Source of the DNA: Octopus vulgaris
Taxonomy: Eukaryota
Length of the DNA: 64,000 nt
Direction: 5' to 3'
Assembly (NCBI GenBank): GCA_951406725.2
Contig: OX597843.1
Span: 12,958,001 to 13,022,000 of the forward strand
Translations under genes and position numbers: made by a program
In this document: piece after piece, positions 55,969 through 64,000 of the stretch
How positions within the stretch are numbered: the first letter of the stretch is position 1
How the letters are laid out: every line of letters starts with the position of its first letter
The notes under the pieces: model-generated
Told to the model about the DNA's origin: nothing
What the model saw: the letters and a program-made list of their open reading frames with translations, nothing else
Databases searched by the model: none

Positions 55969-57087
55969 TCTTATATATATATATCATATGTATACATTCC
56001 TATGTATATGGATACGCATGTATATATATTATATATAAAATATACATAAATATCTATATAATCATCATCATTTAATATTCGTTGTCCATGCTGGCATGGG
56101 TTGGACGGTTTGACCAGGGCTGGTAACCCAAGGGGCTGCACCAACTCCAATCCAATGGAAATTGCAGTTAAGATACCTGTGACAGTGGAATGTAAAAAGC
56201 ACTATCCAAACGTGGCTGATTACAGCGCCACCTGACTGGCATCCTTGTCGGTGACACGTGAAAAGCACCAACCGATCGTGGCCATTTGCCAGCCTCCTCT
56301 GGCCCCCGTGCCGGTGGCACGTAAAAAGCACCAACTACACTCACGGAGTGGTTGGCGTTAGGAAGGGCATCCAGCTGTAGAAACGCTTCCAGATCTGACA
56401 GGCCTGGTGCAGCCTTCTGGCTTCCCAGACCCCGGTCGAACCGTCCAATATATGCTAGCATAGAAAACAGCCGCTAAACGATGATGATGATGATATATAT
56501 ATATATGTCTGTGTGTGTGTGTGTCTATATATATATATATACTTTATTTAAAATTTAACAAAAGCTTTTGTTAAATTTCTGCTGCTTTTAAATAAAGCAT
56601 ATTACTCTACCCCTGGTATTTGAGTACTCTTTTTTCCATTTGAGTACTCTTTTTCACATTTATGTGCTTACTCCGGTATATACATACATATATATATATA
56701 TAAATATATATACAAGTGTATGGCTGTGTGGTAAGTAGCTTGCTAACCAACCACACGGTTGCGGGTTCAGTCCCACTGCGTGGCATCTTGGGCAAGTGTC
56801 TTCTGCTATAGCCCCGGGCCGACCAATGCCTTGTGAGTGGATTTGGTAGACGGAAACTGAAAGAAGCCTGTCGTATATATGTATATATATGTATATGTGT
56901 GTGTGTCTGTGTTTGTCCCCCTAGCATTGCTTGACAACCGATGCTGGTGTGTTTACGTCCCCGTCACTTAGCGGTTCGGCAAAAAGAGACCGATAGAATA
57001 AGTACTAAAAGGTGGTGCTCCAGCATGGCCGCAGTCAAATGACTGAAACAAGTAAAAGAGTAAAAGAGTAAATATATACATCATCAT

Positions 57088-57131
<44 letters not shown>

Positions 57132-58206
57132 GATGATGATGTATATATGTTTATACATATATATGAATATGTACAAATATGTACATATATATGTATGTAT
57201 ATCTATCTATCTATATATACGTGTATGTATGTATGTATCTATATATATATATATATGTATCTATCTATCTATCTATGTGTATATATATATATATATATTT
57301 GTGTGTGTGTTTGTGTGTGCATGTGTGTATATGAATATATGCATATGTATATATATGTCAAACCATCCAACCCATGCCAGCATGGAAAACGGATGTGAAG
57401 TGATGATGATGATGATGTGTGTGCTTTGCGCGTGTTTTTTTTGTGTACAACGACAACAATTTGACAAACACGGATTATAAAAGACTCTTTGTATATCTTT
57501 GTCAACACACACACACACGTTTGACATCTATTCAAATTTTCAACAATCTTACTGGCGTCACGTCTTCCAAGGTATAAACAAAAAAGGTGGTGGCGGTAGT
57601 GGGGGGTAGGGCCGTAATAGTACTGGTGGCAATGGTTGTGATGGTGGTGGAGTTAGTCAGAAAGACATTCCACCCTTGACCATCCCATAGCTGGAGCTAT
57701 ATAGCATATTTAACACCACAAAATCCTATTCGTGCTTCGATTCATTTAAATGGTAATATACGATTTCAGGAGTGGGGTTTTGTGGCTCAGTGGTTAGGGT
57801 GTTGGACGCATGAGTTTAAGATTGTGATTTCAATTCCTGGATTGGGTGAGGTGTTGTGTCCTTGAGCAATTCACTCCATTTCCCTTTGCCTCATTCCACT
57901 CAGCAAGCAAAAATGTGCAATCCTGTGATGGACCGTCCAGATGGCAAATATATACGCCATAAAAGCAAGAAAGTGGCCCTTATGGGTCTATAGGACTCAT
58001 ACACACATATATATATACATATATATATTTATATACATATACACACACACACATATTTATATATATATATACATATACACACACACACACATATATATAC
58101 ATACATTTAAATCCATATATACATATATTTACACACATATACATATATATATATACAATATATACACATATGTAAATATACAATATATACACATATATAT
58201 ATATAT

Positions 58207-58249
<43 letters not shown>

Positions 58250-58324
58250 CATATACATATATACATATACATATGTACATATATACATATACATATATAC
58301 ATATATATATATATACATACATAC

Positions 58325-58387
<63 letters not shown>

Positions 58388-59996
58388 CATAGATATACAT
58401 ATCATCATCATCATTGTTTAACTTCCGCTTTCCATGCTAGCATGGGTTGGACGATTTTGACAGAGGGTTGGTGAACCAGATGGCTGCACCAGGCTCCAAT
58501 CTTGATCTGGCAGTGTTTCTACGGCTGGATGTCCTTCCTAACGCCAACCACTCCGAGAGTGTAGTGGGTGCTTTTTACGTGCCACCTGCACAGGTGCCAG
58601 TCAGGCGGTACTGGCAACGACCTCGCTCGAATCTTTTTACACATGCCACCAGCTTAGGTGCCAGTAAGGCTACGTTGGTAACGATCACGCTCGAATGGTG
58701 CCCTTTTACGTGCCACTGGCACGAAAGCCAGTTGGCTGCTCTGGCAACGATCATGCTCGGATGGTGCTCTTGGCACCCTACTAGCACAGGCATAAGTGCC
58801 AGTAAGTTTATAGTATACTAGCAGTATTGCCCAGCTTTGCAAAATGGTCACATTTAATTCAAAGCATTAAAAATGTTATGAAAACAATTGGTATGTGTTC
58901 ACAAAGTCCAAACGATTAATACGAAAAAACCCTCCAGGCTACATCCCGAAAATTCATTTCTTTGCCGAATTTCTAAAATGTTTATAATGTTTATGGCGAT
59001 TCGTTTTTATATCTTCACTATTCAATGCATGGGATAAGGCCTAAACAAACACATTATCGATTTTCGCACTTGCGAGATGAATTTCGGAACAGAAATAGTG
59101 CAGTTCAATTTTCATTCGCCTAAACTTTAAGTGGCCCATTTTTGGTGGTTCTACGATTTGCTGGGAAGTTAAACACACAGACACACACACAGGCACACAA
59201 GTTGAGTTTTATATATATAGATATATAGTTTATAGTATATGTATAGTATACTCTTTTACTCTCTTTTACTCTTTTACTTGTTTCAGTCATTTGACTGCGG
59301 CCATGCTGGAGCACCGCCTTTAGTCGAGCAAATCGACCCCGGGACTTATTCTTTGTAAGCCCAGTACTTATTCTCTCGGTCTCTTTTGCTGAAACGCTAA
59401 GTGACGGGAACGTAAACACACCAGCATCGGTTGTCAAGCAATGCTAGGGGGACAAACACAGACACACAAACATATACACACACACTTATATATATATAGA
59501 TATATACGACAGGCTTCTTTCAGTTTCCGTCTACCAAATCCACTCACAAGGCATTGGTCGGCCCGGGGCTATAGCAGAAGACACTTGCCCAAGGTGCCAC
59601 GCAGTGGGACTGAACCCGGAACCATGTGGTTGGTTAGCAAGCTACTTACCACACAGCCACTCCTATAAACTTTATAAAGTTTATAGTATATGTATATGTA
59701 TGTGTATATACATATACAAATACTTTAAACTTATAAAGATAGTAACTTTTAGTAGCGGGGGTTTGTGTAAACTGACCATTCATCACAACAATATCAAATT
59801 ACAACCTTAACGAGTGGTCAGTGGTCGAAATTAAGAAGTTATTTATGACCACTACCATCCCATCAAAGCCCAAATCTTATTCTCAGCCCTTTAGTATCTT
59901 ATCCCTTTATCTCTTACTCTACCTTATATTCTCAATTCTTTTGTTTTCATCTTTTTTTGTGTGTTACTTTATTCTTCTTTGGCTAATTCTTATTTA

Positions 59997-60163
59997 TAGG
60001 CGAAGGAGTGGCTGTGTGGTAAGTAGCTTGCTAACCAACCACATGGTTCCAGGTTCAGTCCCACTGCGTGGCATCTTGGGCAAGTGTCTTCTGCTATAAC
60101 CCCAGGCCGACCAATGCCTTGTGAGTGGATTTGGTAGACGGAAACTGAAAGAAGCCTGTTGTA

Positions 60164-60242
<79 letters not shown>

Positions 60243-60470
60243 GTGTGTGTATATGTATGTGTGTGTTGTGTTTGTCCCCCTAGCATCATTGCTTGACAAC
60301 CGATGCTGGTGTGTTTACGTCCCCGTAACTTAGCGGTTCAGCAAAAGAGACCGATAGAATAAGTACTGGGCTTACAAAAGAATAAGTCCCGGGGTCGATT
60401 TGCTCGACTAAAGGCGGTGCTCCAGCATGGCCGCAGTCAAATGACTGAAACAAGTAAAAGAGTAAAGAGA
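59997..60470 (+). mobile_element. Full-length tRNA-derived SINE, family A (other copies at about 515-885, 6348-6790, 7020-7365, 18410-18848, 24262-24618, 47060-47442, 54155-54555, 56718-57070, 59250-59665)
   Basis: A/B-box head, conserved core, internal (TA)/(TG)n and an (AGTAAAAG)n tail, repeated across the window. Confidence 0.9.
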
Positions 60471-60692
60471 GATAAACTCATTACAATCTATTTAACATTC
60501 ACTCTATGTTGACTGGTGATACAGTAGGGACAGATTTTCGAAATCCAATGAATCCTTATACATTTATGCAGTTAGGAAATTATACGAATACACTTTTTCA
60601 AGGAGATATGATGAACCTATTATAACGGGTAATACTACATGTACTTTTCATATTTTTCATTTTGTGATGTAATTCTTTGGACTAACAATGTT

Positions 60693-60785
60693 TGCGGCTG
60701 AAGAGAGCTTTAAACCATCTTTTATATCAATAATACACTGATGTAATAACGGATTGTTTATAAAGCTTGAAACACGTGTACCGTG
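60693..60785 (+). ncRNA. Type I hammerhead ribozyme (canonical core)
   Basis: UGCGG-CUGAAGA-GAGCUUUA..UAAAGCUU-GAAA-CACGUG-UA^CCGUG. Stem II 8 bp; predicted cleavage after 60780. Confidence 0.87.
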
Positions 60786-60872
60786 ATATCCTTTGTGTTC
60801 TGTTTTAATTTTATTTGATATATATATATATATTTACAATCTCTAAGAATATATGGAAAACCTATATGTGAT

Positions 60873-60957
60873 TTAGCTGATGAATACTTGACATTATATT
60901 TGCTGTAATATTTGCAGCTTGAAATAAAATGTTTATAGTATGAAACAATTGTACTAA
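60873..60957 (+). ncRNA. Type I hammerhead ribozyme (canonical core)
   Basis: UUAG-CUGAUGA-AUACU..AGUAU-GAAA-CAAUUG-UA^CUAA. Predicted cleavage after 60953. Confidence 0.85.
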
Positions 60958-60992
60958 TCTACCGATCCATTCTTGTTGCTTTTTTTCTTGGT

Positions 60993-61052
<60 letters not shown>

Positions 61053-61477
61053 CCTGTATATATGTATGAATGTGTGTACATATAATGCCTGTTGTTATAT
61101 TTGTGAAAATAGTAGTAGTAGTAGTAGTAGTACCATTGGTGGTAGTAGTAGTAGTGGTAGTAGTAATAGCAGTAGTAGTATAATAGTAGTAATAGTAGCA
61201 GTGGTAGTAGTATTAGCAGTAGTAGTATTAGTATTAGCAGTAGTATTAGTAGTAGTAGTAGAGATGCAAAGTACAATTGTCCAAGCACCTGTTGGTCTGT
61301 AAATATGTACGTCTGTACAGAATGTTCTCAATTTTCTTTATTCCGTATATCCAAAATGAAACCCACCTTCTTCTGTCAGCCTGTCAGACTGTTCCCATTT
61401 GCCCCTGTGGCATGAGAAAGACCTTCTGCCAATGGTCATCTGCATCCACAGTGACCGGACCGCAGAAAGCCATCCGA

Positions 61478-61678
61478 TTATTCACAAAAGTCATTATTCA
61501 CACTGTACGCTCGTACAGAGGCGATCTCTGGTGTCGTCGCTCGAAGCTCTCCCATCCGTTCGGATCTCACGAGATATATGTAGCAGTCGAATCCGATCGC
61601 TATTGTAGTGTCCGCGCCCAGGTGGTCATTATCAATGCAGTAGACGGCTTTGGGCAAGTTGGTCAGCTTTCCAATTAC
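61478..61678 (-). CDS. Last coding exon of the same probable WD40-repeat gene
   Basis: cattctacgttgcag acceptor, phase 0. Reads VIGKLTNLPKAVYCIDNDHLGADTTIAIGFDCYIYLVRSE...NDFCE*, a beta-propeller-like pattern. Family assignment is by eye. Confidence 0.7.
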   Translation of the reverse strand, partial: VIGKLTNLPKAVYCIDNDHLGADTTIAIGFDCYIYLVRSERMGELRATTPEIASVRAYSVNNDFCE

Positions 61679-62034
61679 CTGCAACGTAGAATGAAGGAGT
61701 CAATGGCAATAAAAAAATTTTCTGAAATATTAAATCAAATGTTCAGGTTCAATCCCACTGCGTGGCACCTTGGGCAAGTGTATCTAGCATAGCCTCATGC
61801 TGACCAATACCATGCACTTGGCCAAATTTGGACATACGACAGTTTAACAGAATAGCAACGATATATATATCTATCTATCTATATATATATACATACTTTA
61901 TTTAAATAAAGCATATTACTCTACCACTGGTATTTGAGTACTCTTTTTTCCACGCCAGCATCAATTGTCAAGCAATGCTAGGGGGACAAACACGGACACA
62001 CAAACATATACACACGCATACATATATATGCATA

Positions 62035-62523
62035 TATACGACGGGCTTCTTTCAGTTTCCATCTACCAAATCCACTCACAAGGCATTGGTCGGCCCGAGG
62101 CTATAGTAGAAGACACTTGCCCAAGGTGCCACGCAGTGGGACTGAACCCGGAACCATGTGGTTGGTAAACAAGCTACTTACCACACAGCCACTCCTGCGC
62201 CTATACGATGGGATTCTTTCAGTTTCCATCTACCAAATCCACTCACAAGGCTTTAGTCGGCCCGAGGCTATAGTAGAAGACACTTGCCCAAGGTGCCACG
62301 CAGTGGGACTGAACCCGGAACCATGTGGTTGGTAAACAAGCTACTTACCACACAGCCACTCCTGCGCCTATACGATGGGATTCTTTCAGTTTCCATCTAC
62401 CAAATCCACTCACAAGGCTTTAGTCGGCCCGAGGCTATAGTAGAAGACACTTGCCCAAGGTGCCACGCAGTGGGACTGAACCCGGAACCATGTGGTTGGT
62501 AAACAAGCTACTTACCACACAGC
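62035..62523 (-). repeat. Three tandem SINE-A heads, 167-bp period
   Basis: ORFs at 62117, 62284 and 62451 are spaced by 167 nt. Confidence 0.9.
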
Positions 62524-62664
62524 CCCAAAAATGTAACAAGAATGTAACAAACGACGATGAAAGCATAAAGACAGATGGACGATACAAGGATGGACGGGAA
62601 AACCAGGACGGAACATTCGTGGCTTTCTATTCATTGGTCACTACCATTTCAGCGGTAGCAATAA

Positions 62665-62897
62665 GGCGGTGAGCTGGCAGAAGCGTTAGCACGCCGGGCG
62701 AAATGCTTAGCTGTATTTCGTCTGCCGTTACGTTCTGAGTTCAAATTCCGCCGAGGTCGACTTTGCCTTTCATCCTTTCGGGGTCGATAAATTAAGTACC
62801 AGTTACGCACTGGGGTCGATGTAATCGACTTAATACCTATGTCTGTTCTTGTTTGTCCCCTCTGTGTTTAGCCCCTTGTGGGTAATAAAGAAATAGG
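62665..62897 (+). mobile_element. tRNA-derived SINE, family B (also at about 3425-3660, 52220-52446, and three in tandem at 7488-8060)
   Basis: GGCGGTGAGCTGGCAGAA..GAGTTCAAATTCC head and a CCTTTCATCCTTTCGGGGTCGATAAA core shared between copies. Confidence 0.88.
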
Positions 62898-63077
62898 TCA
62901 CTACCTTTTCAGTCTTTTACACTTGAGACTGTTAAGAAATTGGCAGGTCCCAAGAATCTAAGCTAAAGGCATTAAATTTTGGGAAGAAAGTGGACAAATA
63001 TGTGCAAGAACATGGACATAAAAAACGGATTGCAAAGAAGAGCATGAGTGTGAGTGCAAGTGTGAGTGTCTACTTAC

Positions 63078-63170
63078 ATTGAAAGTGGTGCGGTTGTGAA
63101 CCTGGGCCATGTTCCTACTGGAACCTCCACTGACAATACTGTCTTCTCCCAACCACTGGGCACAATAGAG
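63078..63170 (-). CDS. Penultimate exon of a probable WD40-repeat protein gene (5' part outside the window)
   Basis: ctatctgcag acceptor, AAT|GTAAGT donor, 93 nt, phase 0-0. Reads [31 protein letters not shown], resembling a WD40 blade. Confidence 0.72.
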
Positions 63171-63224
63171 CTGCAGATAGATAAACGGTAAAGGCAGTAG
63201 TTCTGGTGGTTCTAACAGTCGTAG

Positions 63225-63368
<144 letters not shown>

Positions 63369-63395
63369 GATGTTGTAGTACTGCTGGTAGTATAA

Positions 63396-63426
<31 letters not shown>

Positions 63427-63468
63427 AGAAAGAATGGAGTTGAACGACGATTTAACAAAATTCCTTTA

Positions 63469-63551
63469 TTCTCGACATATGTTTCGAAGGCTGCATATTC
63501 CTAATTTCGAAGGAATAAGGGGTGCATTATGCCGCCTTCTCATCAGGAAGG
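63469..63551 (-). ncRNA. Type I hammerhead ribozyme, left arm of the same inverted repeat
   Basis: Minus strand: UUC-CUGAUGA-GAAGGCGGCAUA..UAUGCAGCCUUC-GAAA-CAUAUG-UC^GAGAA. Confidence 0.8.
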
Positions 63552-63613
63552 ACTCCGTGTGGGCAGTCATCTAAGAGTTTTTGTTCATCTTGATGCTGAC
63601 ATAAGTTCCTTGT

Positions 63614-63696
63614 TTTTCCTGATGAGAAGGTAGCATAATGCACCCCTTATTCCTTCGAAATTAGGAATATGCAGCCTTCGAAACATATGTCGAGAA
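63614..63696 (+). ncRNA. Type I hammerhead ribozyme, right arm of an inverted repeat
   Basis: UUUUC-CUGAUGA-GAAGGUAGCAUA..UAUGCAGCCUUC-GAAA-CAUAUG-UC^GAGAA, followed by AAUAAA. Confidence 0.85.
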
Positions 63697-64000
63697 TAAA
63701 GGAATTTTGTTAAATCGTCGTTCAACTCCATTCCTTCATTTATTTGTATTAAAAGAAAACACAAAAATTTCCACACGAAAGCACGTGATCTCTGCCCTTG
63801 GCATGTAGCTTCAAGTGTGTTTTTCTCACGTGAATTTGCTACCCAGGTATTGGCTAACCGAATTATACATACTAAGATAATTCATTCAACTACTTAAATA
63901 TACATACATATATATATATTGTCTGTATATCTATGCTCTTTATAATGTTATCAATTAACATGGAAATAAGTATATGTATTGATGGAAAACCTCTATAAAT

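Noticed and set aside
61277-61792. 171-aa plus-strand ORF
   Set aside because: It is the antisense shadow of the minus-strand exon and runs into SINE sequence.

Overview
Repeat-dense animal genomic DNA. The SINE families and microsatellite load look like an octopus/coleoid cephalopod; this is inference, not proven. Three spliced genes can be reconstructed by hand. Gene A (+, 2171-13211, 3 coding exons, 170 aa) is a secreted protein with two chitin-binding type 2 (CBM14/peritrophin-A) domains. Gene B (-, 27816-18080, 4 coding exons, 261 aa) is a convergent secreted protein with three CBM14 domains. The last two exons of a probable WD40-repeat gene lie on the minus strand at 63170-61478. The centre (about 29.77-46.82 kb) is a roughly 102-copy, 167-bp satellite built from a tRNA-derived SINE head, with Pol III A/B boxes and no internal terminator. 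The main signal missed by the ORF track is about 10 type I hammerhead ribozyme motifs (CUGANGA...GAAA, palindromic stem III, GUH) in at least seven unrelated sequence contexts. They sit beside (TA)n tracts, often in fold-back palindromes, as expected for Penelope-like element termini. Also present: mariner remnants, MITEs, RTE- and Tx1-like LINE fragments, many SINEs and a 22-bp minisatellite. Nearly all other ORFs in the track are artefacts of repeats. Repeat boundaries were read by eye and are approximate.
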